Part shown: positions 38,241-49,800 of the stretch, in pieces
Layout of the letters: every line of letters begins with the position of its first letter
Position numbering within the stretch: position 1 is the first letter of the stretch
From: an uncultured delta proteobacterium
Lineage (GTDB): Bacteria > Desulfobacterota > BSN033 > UBA1163
Direction: 5' to 3'
NCBI GenBank assembly: GCA_963708295.1
Contig: CAVPSJ010000005.1
Span: 64,001-128,000, forward strand
Length of the DNA: 64,000 bases
Notes under the pieces: generated by a model
Seen by the model: the letters and a program-made list of their open reading frames with translations, nothing else
The model's database searches: none
Told to the model about the DNA's origin: nothing
Position numbers and translations under genes: made by a program

Positions 38241-38273
38241 CTACGCTATGCGCTATGCCCTCTGCCCTATGCG
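38241..38273 (-). repeat. Right arm of the heptamer inverted repeat bracketing 34.7-38.3 kb
   Basis: The reverse complement CGCATAG GGCAGAG GGCATAG CGCATAG starts immediately after the hydrolase stop. Confidence 0.8.
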
Positions 38274-39200
38274 TTATTCACTTAGGAAGTCAAGGATAGC
38301 CCGATTGACTTCCTCCGGGGTTTCCCACATGGGGATGTGGCCGCTTTTCTCGATCTTCCGAAATTTCGAACCCGCGATGGCCCGATGGAGGTTCTCTCCC
38401 AATGGGGAAGGAAAGACGAGGTCCCTTTCTCCCCAGAGGAATAAGGTAGGCTTGCAAATAGCGGAGAACCGATCCTTGAGCTTCAAGGCCTCCTTGGCAT
38501 GTTTGAAGGTGGAGTAGAGAGCCCAGGTCGTCCCTTTGATCCTGGAAAGTTGATACTGCCGGTTCACGACTTCCGGAGTGACAAGTTTGATATCCGAGAT
38601 ACATTCCAGAAGGATCTGCCTGATCGAATTCTCGTTCCGGACTGCCATGACCAGATAAGGGAGGAATGGAATATTTTTGATCGCCGCCAACATTCGGAAG
38701 GATTCATTTTTGACCTCGTGGAGAATATCCGGAGGAACACAATCAATCAATATGAGCCGATCGACCCGTTCGGGAAAGAGGATCGCCATAGCCCAGGCAA
38801 CCCCTCCGCCCATCGAATTTCCGATCAGCGTCGCCTTCTCAATCCCCGCCCTGTCCATGAAATCCTTTAAACAATCGATGTAGGTCTCCGGGGTGTAAGG
38901 AATCTTGGGCCGGTCTGAGAAACCGTGACCGATCAGATCGAGGGCATAAACCCTATAGCCTTGCGAAAGGACTTCGATCTGCCTTTCCCAAACCCAGATC
39001 GCGGCGCCATAGCCATGAATCAACACGAGAGGGCGGCCTACTCCTTTCACAACATAAAAAATCGTATGGCCATTGATCTGAATCGTCTGCGGAGAGAGTG
39101 AAGGGTTCCAGTCGAACCGGGTGGGCCTGACCAGAGGAATGCTTCGTTCTCTTAAGAAAGGGGTCAATAAGACTGAGAGAATCCATAGAGGGTGAGACAT
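38274..39200 (-). CDS. Alpha/beta fold hydrolase
   Basis: Motifs LVLIHGYG, DLIGHGFS, GNSMGG, LWGERD and SGHIP. Confidence 0.92.
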   Translation of the reverse strand: MSHPLWILSVLLTPFLRERSIPLVRPTRFDWNPSLSPQTIQINGHTIFYVVKGVGRPLVLIHGYGAAIWVWERQIEVLSQGYRVYALDLIGHGFSDRPKIPYTPETYIDCLKDFMDRAGIEKATLIGNSMGGGVAWAMAILFPERVDRLILIDCVPPDILHEVKNESFRMLAAIKNIPFLPYLVMAVRNENSIRQILLECISDIKLVTPEVVNRQYQLSRIKGTTWALYSTFKHAKEALKLKDRFSAICKPTLFLWGERDLVFPSPLGENLHRAIAGSKFRKIEKSGHIPMWETPEEVNRAILDFLSE

Positions 39201-39310
39201 AGAATCTCACTTCTTTGTGAATCACTCCGATAAATATAAATTCCAATCACCAATTACTGAAAGAAGAATTATTGAGGAGTCGAAAATTGCGAAGACATAT
39301 TGTCATAAAA

Positions 39311-39420
39311 TCTCCCCTCACCCCTCTTTACCAAAGAGGGAGAATTCCTCCCTTTTGCAAAGCCTGCCTGCCGGTAGGCAGGGGAGGGAAGTTCCATTAC
39401 TCCAGTACTCCAGTATTCCG
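39311..39420. repeat. Nested REP-like hairpins plus an octamer tandem repeat
   Basis: CCCCTCACCCCTCTTT...AAAGAGGG, CCTGCCTGCCGGTAGGCAGG and CCATTACT CCAGTACT CCAGTATT. Confidence 0.65.
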
Positions 39421-39435
39421 GATTTTTGAAAAGAC

Positions 39436-40568
39436 TCATCTCTTTTTTTCTTTCTTTTTCTTGAACAGCCTCTCCATCGATTTCAGCTCCTCGGCGAGTC
39501 CCTTTTCCCCTCCCAACGTTCCCTGAAGAACCTCTTCGCCGATCACCTGAATCGGAATCCCCAGGGCCTGCGCGAGAGAGATGGCGATTTGAGTCAAGAA
39601 GGTTTCTTGAAGGCTGAACCGGGGATTGTCCACATTTCCTTTCAGGCGGAATTTGGCTTTTAACTGATGCCCCTTCTTCTCCAACAAAGAGACCAGGGTC
39701 TTCGCCGGGATCCAGAGCACGGTCCCTTCCCCATCTTTGATATGAAGGTTGATGAGATTCAGTTCCCCGGGTGCATCCACCCTCTTCTCCTTCACCGCAA
39801 TTCTGGTCTCCAGATCGAGGGTGCCCGACTCAATTTCTGCAGAAACCCTCTTCCGATAATACGGCTCAAAGGTCGTTACATCCACTCCACGAATCTCCAG
39901 GGACGTTTCCATGTCGATCGTTTTCACATCAACCCACCCATGGATGCGGATGCTTCCTCCTTGCGTTCTTCCTTCGATGTTGCCGTTCATCTCAACGGGA
40001 GAATGCGAAGAGGCCAGAGGATATCCGATATCCTTTATCTCAAAATCCAGCGCCTTCAATCTTATCTGGGAGGGTGGGTCGCCCGTTTTTCTGTCCTCGA
40101 AATCGACGGAGCCGTTTCGGACTCTGAATCCGATCGATCTGAACCTCGACAGACTCTCTTTCCTTCTTCACTTCCCCCGTCGCGAACTTCTTTGCCTTCG
40201 CTCTTCTTTTCCAGGGTCATCCAGGGACCGACCATGCGCCCCTCACGAGATCGATAGAAGAAGAAAGAAGGCTGGAGGAAGGTCAATTTTTTGATGTGCA
40301 ACGATTTTTCAAAAAGAGAGAAAAGGGAAGGATAGACGCGTATTTCCTCGGCCTGAAAGAATCTTTGTTTTGAACCGGGGTCTTCATAGTGAATTCCCCT
40401 CGCAGAAAGATAGGTGGCCTTGAGCCCGATTTCGTCCAGGGTGAATCCAGGCCCCATCGCCGCCTGGAGGCGCGGTTGAACCAATTTCACCGCGTAAAAA
40501 GTAAGGACAAAATAGCCTGCGATGACGAGGGCCCCAAGAATTCCGGCCCCGATCAACCACTTCTTCAT
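39436..40568 (-). CDS. DUF748/AsmA-like envelope protein, split by a frameshift near 40100-40150
   Basis: N-terminal TM anchor; two abutting ORFs; C-terminal LKGNVDNPRFS motif. Confidence 0.65.
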
Positions 40569-41245
40569 CCTTTCACCTCCTCTTCCACCACTTCCCGGTA
40601 ACCTGAAGGAGTGATGATGGCAAAAAAGAAGGGTGGCCCAACTTCCTCCCCTTCTCCAGACCTTTTCTTGAGAAAGGATTTGGACAGGGCGAGAAGCAGG
40701 TCGAGGGGTGATCCCGTCTGACGCTGAGCCTCCAACTTTTTCTCCATCGATAGAGACCGAGGAACAACGATCGTGTGCGAAGTGGGGAGAGCCTTTATGG
40801 ACGTCCCCTCTCCTTCGCTGCTAAAGAGGTGAAGAGGATAAGGCCGAGCGCGATCTCTGAAAGAATATCCGGCCAGAATAAGATAAACTTCATTTAAAGG
40901 AAGCTCCTCTTCCGAGGTCTCATCGGTGGCCAGAGGAGAGGAAGCATGGGGTCTCTCTCTGGAGCTTAACCATTTTCCATACCGATCGGTAAAAAAGAAG
41001 AGCGCCAGATGGGCCACCTCCTCGATCGCCTCCGTCCCTCGCCTCTGTAGAAAGTCCTGGAAAGCCAGGCTCATCTCCACTCCTATTCCCGCCCCGGCGC
41101 TCAAGAGAGCGCAGTGAGAGGTCAAACGGAGAAGTTTCTTCAGGCTGAAATGCTTCCTCTCTCCTTTTTCACCGAACCAGGTCGCCCGGCTGTCGGTGGC
41201 AAGCATAATTCCCTCAGGAGTGGAGCAGGCGATGATTTGAGTCAT
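40565..41245 (-). CDS. Proteasome-beta-like Ntn-hydrolase fold protein
   Basis: From the ATG at 41245: (M)TQIIACSTPEGIMLATDSRAT...KKL...LLSAG, giving Thr1, Asp17, Arg19, Lys35/36 and Gly50. Confidence 0.65.
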   Translation of the reverse strand: MTQIIACSTPEGIMLATDSRATWFGEKGERKHFSLKKLLRLTSHCALLSAGAGIGVEMSLAFQDFLQRRGTEAIEEVAHLALFFFTDRYGKWLSSRERPHASSPLATDETSEEELPLNEVYLILAGYSFRDRARPYPLHLFSSEGEGTSIKALPTSHTIVVPRSLSMEKKLEAQRQTGSPLDLLLALSKSFLKKRSGEGEEVGPPFFFAIITPSGYREVVEEEVKG

Positions 41246-41270
41246 GTCAAATTCGGATTTCAGGATGTTT

Positions 41271-41319
41271 CCTCTCACTCTCCCCCTCTCCCCGCCGGGG
41301 AGAGGGTGGGGGTGAGGGG
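41271..41319. repeat. REP-like palindrome
   Basis: CCTCTCACTCTCCCCCTCTCCCCGCCGGGGAGAGGGTGGGGGTGAGGGG. Related copies at about 15705-15753, 56615-56734 and 57611-57891. Confidence 0.85.
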
Positions 41320-42461
41320 TTATGGTTTTACAATCAACGAGACTTCCTTCGACTTCTTCTCTTTGGCTTCCGTCAAAAGGCTGACGATCGACTTCACCAC
41401 CAACTGATAGAGGAAGGGGTTGGGCCGTAGCGGATGGAGAGGTTTCTCCAGATCAATGGCCACGGACAAGGAAATCTTCGCCTCTTCTTCTCTTCCCAGT
41501 TTGAAAAGAACGTAGGCCGTCTCTTCCAACCTTCGCCGATAAAGAAGCTTCCGCTCTCCGGAGAAGAGTTCGGACAAGGCCTTCTGATAGATCCCTTGAA
41601 ACCGCACCTCTTTCTGGGCCGGGTTGAGGACAATCTTCGACTCCTCGGCCTCCGAGATTTCATCCGCAAAAGGCCGGATGCCCTCCTCCTCAATCCTCCA
41701 GCTGGAAAGGAGATCTACTTTAAGAAGGTCCCCTCCTTTTGCCAAAAGACGATCGTCTCCGGCGATGTCTGCCGCTTGAAGATAGGAATAGATCAACGGC
41801 TGGTTATAGTCTTTTCTGACCCTTTCTATTTCCCCTTTCGCCTGGACATAGCCCTGAGGCACGACCCCTTTCCTTGCAAGATTTAATTCATAAGCCCGTG
41901 CGAAGAGGCCGGCCACATAGGAAGGCTCGACTGGAACGATTGGAAACGGGCCTTTTTCTTCAACGCTTTTATAGAAACTCTTGAACTCCTTCCGCGTCAT
42001 CTCCCCATGGGAGAAATCGACGATCCCCAGCTGATCGCTCACGATTCCGTAGGTGACCGTCAGACCCCGGCCCGGATGAGGGATGACAAGCCAGAGAATC
42101 CGGTGGCCGAGAAAATCAATTCCACTCGCGTACCCTTCCCCGGTCTCTTCCCGCACGGGACGAAGGACAGGGGGCTCTTTGCCGGATGAAACCTCCTCAA
42201 CCACAATCCCCTTGCTCTTCAGCCGGTAAAGAGATCGCTTGATCATTTTTCGGACCTTCTTATCCGGGATCGCTTCGGACATCCGGTGGAGAATCTTGAC
42301 CGTCAACGGGTCGGAAGGGTGACCAAAGACTCAGCCAGCTGACCGCCGGTTTGGGGGTCTTTTTCTAACCACGGGAGAAGATATTGAAATATCTCCTCAT
42401 CGGTTTTCCCGCCTGCCATGTCCGTCTTTATTCGGTCCATCAGGGTTTCAATATGATCCAT
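41320..42461 (-). CDS. Hypothetical helical protein, frameshifted near 42310
   Basis: The upstream frame from ATG 42461 (MDHIETLMDRIKTD...) joins the 328-aa ORF containing DKKVRKMIKRSLYRLKSKGI. Confidence 0.65.
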
Positions 42462-42525
42462 GATCTCCTCTCTCTCCACAGATAAACAAAAAACCCCTAT
42501 TTCCTTCTCATCCCCACACCCATGA

Positions 42526-42775
42526 GAGACTGTATCATCATTAGCGAAAAAACACTCCTCTTCAAGATGGGATCCGGCTAGGCGGGATCAGGTGACAAGG
42601 CTTTAGAGCGGAAACCTTTTATCGGTCAACTACCGGGCTGCAAGCCCTTGAAACGACACCATTGAGGGAACAAGCTCGATTACCGATCACCCTGGATAAT
42701 CGCATTCTAAAGCCAAGGAGCCTGATTGCCTGTCCCGCCCATATCTCCCCTCCATCATGATGGCGATACAGTCTC
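42526..42775 (+). mobile_element. MITE-like element, 250 bp
   Basis: TIRs GAGACTGTATCATCAT and ATGGCGATACAGTCTC (14/16 match); internal motifs CTTTAGAGCGGAAACCTT and CGCATTCTAAAGC. Confidence 0.75.
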
Positions 42776-43711
42776 TCAGGAGGGAGGCGTTAAAGGGGGG
42801 CTGATGATCGTCTGCTGGATCGTCAAAAGCATGGTCATGGAAAGATTCACAAAAAGAGTATTGCGGGACAGAAGTTCCAGTTTTCTGTGGTCGTGATAAT
42901 TCCCCCCCCAGACCTGAATCAGATTCCACAGGACAAGAAAGCATGGGATCCCCGAGAGGAGCAGCAGCCAGTAGGGACAGTCTTTCCACCACATCATTTT
43001 GATAAAGGAAAACCCGGTCAAGACCGACAGTCCGACGTAAAGATCTCCCATCCTTTCCTTTCCGAACCGTACAACCAGGTTCCTTCTTCCAACGGTGTAA
43101 TCCGCCTCTCGATCGGGGAACTCGTTAATCAAGATCACATTAAAAACGGAAAGACCCACGGGGATGGAGAGCAGTAAGATCTGTGGGCTGAAGAAGCCCG
43201 TGAGGAGAAAAAAGCCCGTGGCAATGGGCAGCCATCCATAACAGAACCCGATCAGAATTTCTCCCAGGCCACGATGAGACCATCGAAAGGGTTTGCTCGA
43301 ATAAAAAAATCCAAAAAAGAGTCCCAGTCCCCCGAGCAGGAGGGTTCGAAGATCGGTCTGGTATCGGAGATAGATATAAGATCCGACGAGAATCGCCGCG
43401 GCCAAGCATCCGTATCCCAGGAATAGCGAAACCCAGGGCGGGAGGACTTCTCCGACCAAGACTCTTGACCCGCCTGAAAAACGGTTAAAGTCCCGATTGA
43501 TTCGATCCCCTTCCAGATCGTTCCAGTCTCCTACATAGTAAGTCATCCACATAATGAGGATGACCGCCGTTGTAGAAAGGACATAAAGTCCCGGAGGGCC
43601 TTTGTATCCCCCCCGCCACGCCAGGATAAATCCTAAAATCAAAGGAAGAATTCCCACGAATAGAAAAGGAACTCGTGAGAGCCTCCATAAGGCAATAAAA
43701 TAGCGTTTCAT
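42776..43711 (-). CDS. UbiA-family prenyltransferase (MenA-like)
   Basis: Asp-rich DWNDLEGD, FSGGSRVL, FYSSKPF..SHRGLGE and NEFPDREAD..GRRNLVVRFG; multiple TM helices. Confidence 0.85.
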   Translation of the reverse strand: MKRYFIALWRLSRVPFLFVGILPLILGFILAWRGGYKGPPGLYVLSTTAVILIMWMTYYVGDWNDLEGDRINRDFNRFSGGSRVLVGEVLPPWVSLFLGYGCLAAAILVGSYIYLRYQTDLRTLLLGGLGLFFGFFYSSKPFRWSHRGLGEILIGFCYGWLPIATGFFLLTGFFSPQILLLSIPVGLSVFNVILINEFPDREADYTVGRRNLVVRFGKERMGDLYVGLSVLTGFSFIKMMWWKDCPYWLLLLSGIPCFLVLWNLIQVWGGNYHDHRKLELLSRNTLFVNLSMTMLLTIQQTIISPPLTPPS

Positions 43712-44041
43712 CGACCCATGCTCCAGGTAACTCAACAGCCCTTCGCGAACGCTTGATAACTCCGCGTCTTCCGGACCGAATCTTTAAAGACGACGACCCG
43801 ACACTCCACTTTAAAGCGGACTTTGATGATGAGTCCTCACGCTTTGGTTGAGATCACGGGTTATCCGTCGAGTTCGCTCCCTCACTTCTTCCCTCTGTCA
43901 TAGGCAGCCTGTTTGCAACGGCGATGATCAAACTTCTCCTCTGGGTAGCCGTCGGAGCAGGCGTACCGGCGTTCGCATCTCCCGGAAAAGGGCGTTTGCC
44001 CCCCCACGCCACTCAAGAATTGCCATCCTGTGCCTCCGTTT

Positions 44042-47000
44042 TCATACTTCACCGGATCTTGCGATAGAGCGTGACATTCTTATAGTCGACGGCGACATCC
44101 ACAGGGTGCGTAATGCCGGAAGGTAGGGGCTGTGAGGGGCCTTCTCACCGTTGATCGTCTCGATCGATACCCGCTTCACCGGCTGAAACTTTCGCGTCAG
44201 CAGATGGCGCAAGAACAACCACGTACTCGGGCATCCTTGGATCGTCAGGCGCTGCCTGGACGACAAGGTCCTTGCCGTTTCGCTTTGACACCACGATCAA
44301 CCTGTTTCCCCGGTAGACAAGGTGTGTCGTCGGCACCCGTGCGGGCAGCATCCCCCGAATCGAGTCCAGCTGAATTCCGCACAGGGAAGCCGGGTCGGTC
44401 GCATTGATCCAGTAAATCGACGTCTTCCGGCAACTTCCGCTGCAAACGCCGGAAGGCCCGGTGAGAGATGAACTGTGGCCCGGGAATCCCGTGGAAGAAG
44501 ATGCCTGCCATCACCTCTCCCGACAGCTCCATGATCCGCAAGGCACGAAAGACATTCGACCAGCGAAGGGCAGGCCATTCCCTCTGAAGCAGTTCCCGAA
44601 ACAGGATCCCGTACCGGTCCAACAAGAGCCGGACCCGGTCCTTTCTGCGCTCTTCTGTTTCGAGGAGATCATCCGGAAGCTCAGGCCTTGGAACCAGGTG
44701 CCAGTTTCCCGGAAAAAATGAGCCTTCTTTCCTTTCAACCAGGCTGAGACGCCGCAACCGGCTTCCCCTCCGGTCGATCTTCCTTGAGTCCTCCGAAGCC
44801 CTCTCCGGAATTCTGAATCGATTCATCAGAGCCCGACGAAGGGTGATAAACGTGTCGTTCGTTACCCTTCCCTTCCACACTTCGTCCCAGAGTCGTTTGG
44901 CGAGTTCTGCGCTTCCGCTTTTGGATAAGCGAAGCAAGGTTGAAAAATCGTAGCGGCCTGCTGAGTCCGGAAAGAGATCAAGAGGCCGCGCAGTCCCCGG
45001 CCTGAGAAATCGACCCGACCGGTGGCTCTCCTCCGAAACGAATTCGGATTCTCCGGATTCTTCCTGAAGCAGATCGAGATCCGATTCAAAACAAAAAGTC
45101 ACCCGATGCCCTTCACTGCCGACCCAGAGAAGTCCTCCCTCCTGCATCAGGGTATCGAGCCAGGAGGGATCATAGGGATGCAACCGTGCGGGAAAGATCT
45201 CTGACTCCCAGGTTCCCGCCTCTGCGGGGTAGCAGAGCAGTTGTTCCACGGAACGGAAGAGCCGGTCGATCCCATCGATCCGATCCGGGGGTCTTGTGAT
45301 CCCCTGGTAATCAGCGAGAAACAGGGGCAGCCACTCGATTCCAAGCGGTTCGAAGGCCGGCGCGGCTTCGATCCTGACCAGTCGCAGCAGCATTTCAAAA
45401 TTCTCGCTGTCGCAGACCTCTTCGGCTCGCCCCCCGGTCACCAGCTGCCCCTGGACAACCTTTTGCGAATCGATCAGGTCTTCTAGGATCAACTGCAACC
45501 GTTCCGCTTCGATCCCAAAGGTTTCACGGATGAATTCGACGGTCACCGGCCCGTAAAACTGAAGCCACTGCCCAAGAAGATCATCGAGACCCTCTCCGCC
45601 TTCTGTCTCTTCCTCGGAAGCCCTGTCTTCCTCTGGCAATGGGACTCCGGCCAGCGATTCGGACACGGACTGATTTTCTTTCTCGGGGCCATAAAGGGAC
45701 CGGATCATCCTGGGAAGCATCTCCCTGGCAACGATCAGTGGCTTCCCTCGGCTCCGGGGGATGGAATTGAATGAGTCTGTCTTCCAGCTCGGGAAACGAC
45801 TCCGGATCGACCCCGTGATCCCTTCGCATGGCCTCCAGGAGATCTTCCCACTCTCCTTTCGGAATGGCCACCCGCTCCATCACCCAGTCGAGAAGCTCTC
45901 GGGATGTCTGCGGCGAATAACCGGGGCTCAGCCTCTTTCGTTTCAATTCAAACTGTTCGACCAGTCTGCGAGAAACGGTCGGCCGAAGACCGGGAGTGAA
46001 GACAACCTCCCGGAGGAGGCTGCCGCGCAGCTTCGATATCTTATCCGACCTCGGGCTGATCGTCCATGTACATGTACTGATTGACCTGTCGCCACCCATC
46101 GCTCTGGGCAAATGGGCTGGGGAGCGCCGTATGCACTTCTGTCCAGGAAATGGACCCGGACTCCAATTCCGTCAAGACCTGCTTCAGGCTTTCAAGATCG
46201 AACTCGTCCTGGATGCAGGTTCGCCACGTCTCCAGCAGGATCGGAAAATCTTCATAATGCAGGACCGCCTCCAGCAGTTTCTGGGACCGCAACCGGCTCA
46301 GCCAGAGAGGCATCCGCTCGTTGAACTTGGACCGCGGCAAAAGCAGGGCCCGGCCGGCGCACTCCCTGAACCTGGCTCCAAAGAAGCCGGAGCCTTCGAG
46401 CCGGGTCCTGAGAAGGGATTCGACCCTTGTGCTTTCCACCAGGGACAGCAGTTCTTCGCCGCCGATCTCGTGGGGAAGTTGAAGAACAATACAGTCATTG
46501 CTGACATAGAGCTCGAGCCGGTAACCGAATCTGGCCTGCCAGGCTGCATCCAGGGCCATGGCCAGCGGCCGGTTGACGCGGCCTCCCCACATCGTGTGAA
46601 TGACCGCCTGAGGAGTTCCGCCCGGTCCTGCGGCGACGAACTCCACCACCAGATGGTGCCGGTGCGGCAAGGGGCATCCGGTCGCCTCCTTCTGTTTTTT
46701 CAGAAATCGATCAGCTCCGCGGCTGCCTCGGGCTCCATGCGGTTTCTCCTCTGGAGAGACTGCGCAAAATCGGGGTCCTCCAGCCGGCCATCCGCTTCTT
46801 CGAGGAACTGCCCGATCCGTTCCGAAAAATGAAAGTCCCGGCCATTCTCTTCGGCCTTCCAGAAGGGAGCCGCTCGCTTTCTTTGGATTCCCCGGAAGCA
46901 CAAAGACGTCATTATGGGTGATTCGCTGAATCTGCCAGTTCTGTGTGCCGAGGCTGAAGGTATCCCCCACCGATGCCTCCCAGACAAACTCTTCGTCGAG

Positions 47001-48581
47001 CTCACCGATCCGGGCATTGGTCTCCTGATGGCGAAGATGGAAATATCCACGGTCCGGTATGACACCGCCGGAAAGATAGAGGGTCTGCAGCGCTCCTCTC
47101 CGGGCGCTCACCGTGTTGTCGAGCCGGTCGATGGAGACGAGGGGTTTCAGTTCCCGGATCCGGCTCTCCGCATAGCGGCCGGCAAGCATATTCAGGACCA
47201 GGTCGAACTGCTCACGGCTCAGGTGTCGATAGGGATAGGTGGCCTTCAGATTCGCAAAGAGAGCGTCACTATCCCAGGTCTCAACCCCGACCATGGAGAC
47301 GATGACCTGGGCCAGCACGTCGAGGGGACAGAGGATCGTCCTCGAGGATTCGATATCCTGATTCAGAATTGCAGGAGCAAGAGCAGCGGCCTCCAGAAGA
47401 TCTTTCGGATGGGTGGGAAAGAGGATCCCCGGCTGACCTGATTCACCTGGTGCCCGGAGCGTCCCACCCGCTGAATGGCGGAAGAAATCGAAAAGGGGGA
47501 CTGGACCAAGACGACTTCGTCCAGGGCGCCGATGTCGATCCCCAGTTCCAGGGAGTGGGTCGCCACGATGGCCCGCAACGCCCCGGCCTTGAGCCTCCGT
47601 TCTACCTCGGAGCGGATCTCCAGGGAAAGAGAGCCATGATGGGCATAGGCCATCGGCTCTTCTTCATTCTGGTTGATCATGAGCGTCAGCATTTCGCAGA
47701 GGCGCCTGCTGTTGACGAAGATCAGGGTCGAGCGGTTTCTCCGCGATGATCTTCTTCAATTCCTCAACCAGGGGATCCCATACGGAACCCGTCCCTCCCT
47801 GCTCTCCCGCGTCTTGCACGAAGCGAACACGAAGGTCGTACTGTTTTCTGGCATCGGAACAGACGATGGAAACAGGCCGCGGCGCATAACGAGGATCGCC
47901 CGGTTCTCCGGCCAATCTGAATCCGCCCACAAACTCTGCCACCTTCTCCAGCGGTTGAATCGTTGCGGAAAGGGCGATCCGCTGGAATTCCCCGGAGAGC
48001 CGCACCAGCCGGTCTACCGCCGTCATCAGGTAGACGCCCCGCTTCGTACCGAGAACCGCATGGATCTCGTCCAGGATCACCATGGAGAGGTTCGTCAGGA
48101 TCGATCGGCCTCCTCTGGAGCTGAGAAGCAGATTGAGACTTTCCGGAGTGGTGATGAGGATTTCCGGCGGGTGGCGAAGCATCTGCCGACGATCGGACTG
48201 CGGGGTATCGCCGCTTCGGGTGAGAACACGGATTTCGGGAAAATCTTCTCCCCGCTTCCTTGAAGATCCTGCCTCAAGTTCGTCCAGAGGACCGAGCAGG
48301 TTGCGCTGGATGTCGTAGTTGAGCGCCCTCAGGGGCGACACATAGAGGACGCTGGTTTGTCCGGTAGGCCATTGTCCGGTGATCAATTGATTGAGGGCCC
48401 AGAGAAACGCGGCCAGGGTCTTTCCGGTTCCCGTGGGCGCCGTGATGAGCAGATGTTCTCGCGCTGCGATCCTAGGCCAGGCCTGTTCCTGCACCTCTGT
48501 AGGCTGGCCGACTCGCTCCTCGAACCATCGTGCGACCAACGGATGAAATCGGGTCAGGACTTCTGGGTTGGAGCTCATCAT
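44042..48581 (-). CDS. lhr: Long-form Lhr ATP-dependent helicase, broken by several frameshifts
   Basis: Successive ORF pieces carry APTGTGKT, YVSPLRAL, TTPESL, DEIH, SAT, HHGSL, LELGIDIG, QRVGR, GELDEEFV, LLDRYG and GPQF; about 1500 codons in total. Confidence 0.85.
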
Positions 48582-48837
48582 TCCACTTTCACAAAGAACC
48601 TCAGCGGGATTCCATCGGAGCGGATGAGGAGTACGGCATGATGTTGAGAAACCCGAATACGATCACGGGTTGCATCATCGTTTTACAAATAGAACATATT
48701 GGTTTAGAATTCAACATCAAACTCTTCCTTTTTTCTACTTCTCTCCGGTGACCCCGCGTGGCCAAGCCAGACGGCAGGCGGTCACGAAGGGGCGAAGGAA
48801 GGGGTCGTCTCATTGTCATGATTAAAGGAGAACCGGG

Positions 48838-49398
48838 ATGAATGCGTTGTCTCGAATTCAACGGGAAGAAGCAGTGCTGGTCGTGGTCGATGTCCAGGAT
48901 GCTCTGATGAAGAAGATGAATCCAGGGGTAGGAGAAAAGGTGATCCGAAATATCCGGACCCTTCTCGCGTTTGCTCAACGTCTGGCCATCCCTGTTCTGA
49001 TCACGGAACAGTATCCCAAAGGGCTGGGGCCGACCGTCTCCGGAATCAAGATGGAGTTGGGGTCCATCCTTCCTATCGAAAAGGTCTCCTTCAGCTGTTG
49101 CGGGGTGGAGACGTTCAACGCGAAATTAAATCAAACCGGAAGGAACCAGGTCCTGTTGGTCGGGATCGAAACTCATGTGTGCATCCTCCAAACGGCCGAC
49201 GACCTCATCCGGGCGGACCGCGCGGTCTATGCCGTGGCCGATGCCATCTGTTCGCAGAGAAAATTGGACTGGGAAGTCGGCCTCCGATGGATGGAAAAAA
49301 GGGGGGCGATGATCTCGACCACCGAGATCATCGCCTTTCAACTGCTAAAGGAGGCTGGGACGGAGGAGTTCAGATCGTTGTCAAAATGGTTGAAATGA
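48838..49398 (+). CDS. Isochorismatase-family hydrolase
   Basis: Motifs VVDVQ, TEQYPKGLG, EKVSFSC and GIETHVC. Confidence 0.92.
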   Translation: MNALSRIQREEAVLVVVDVQDALMKKMNPGVGEKVIRNIRTLLAFAQRLAIPVLITEQYPKGLGPTVSGIKMELGSILPIEKVSFSCCGVETFNAKLNQTGRNQVLLVGIETHVCILQTADDLIRADRAVYAVADAICSQRKLDWEVGLRWMEKRGAMISTTEIIAFQLLKEAGTEEFRSLSKWLK

Positions 49399-49407
49399 AT
49401 AAGAACT

Positions 49408-49557
49408 CTAGAGGCATCGAAACAGTCTGGCAAAGAAATAGGAAACGAAGAAGGCATTCGTAAAAACCAAGGCTAAACGAACAACTCTCCAGAAACTGAT
49501 CTCAATTCTTCTCCCCTCTTCTGTTTCCTGAATCCCCAATAACTCTTTACCAGTCAT
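49408..49557 (-). CDS. Putative 49-aa small membrane protein
   Basis: GAGGG RBS then MTGKELLGIQETEEGRRIEISFWRVVRLALVFTNAFFVSYFFARLFRCL; lies downstream of a sigma54 site. Confidence 0.45.
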   Translation of the reverse strand: MTGKELLGIQETEEGRRIEISFWRVVRLALVFTNAFFVSYFFARLFRCL

Positions 49558-49800
49558 CTTTCCCTCGGTCGCCGACAAGTGCCCCCCGCATAGGCCGGGG
49601 CAAGCTTCACAATTTTGTAACAAGCAGCACAATTCCGTTGGAATCTCCGGGGCAATCTATTTATCTTTCAGTCGCCTCTTTACGATTTGTAAGAATACGA
49701 AACCTCCTAAAATAATAAGAAAATTATAAACAGATTGGAAATACAAATTCTCTGATGATCAGACTTACTCCCGACTTCTTTTAGTATGAATGATCTATAA

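Noticed and set aside
43708-43857. Possible selenoprotein ORF on the minus strand with two in-frame TGA codons (...KA*GLIIKVRF...AKGC*VTWSMGR), ending at the prenyltransferase start
   Set aside because: No good RBS, no recognisable family, and the downstream hairpins lack the position and loop G expected of a bacterial SECIS. The ATGA overlap arises easily by chance.
43936-44026. Short ORF after lhr with a GGAGG RBS (MAILEWRGG...)
   Set aside because: Only about 32 codons, its frame depends on a G7 homopolymer, and there is no recognisable motif.
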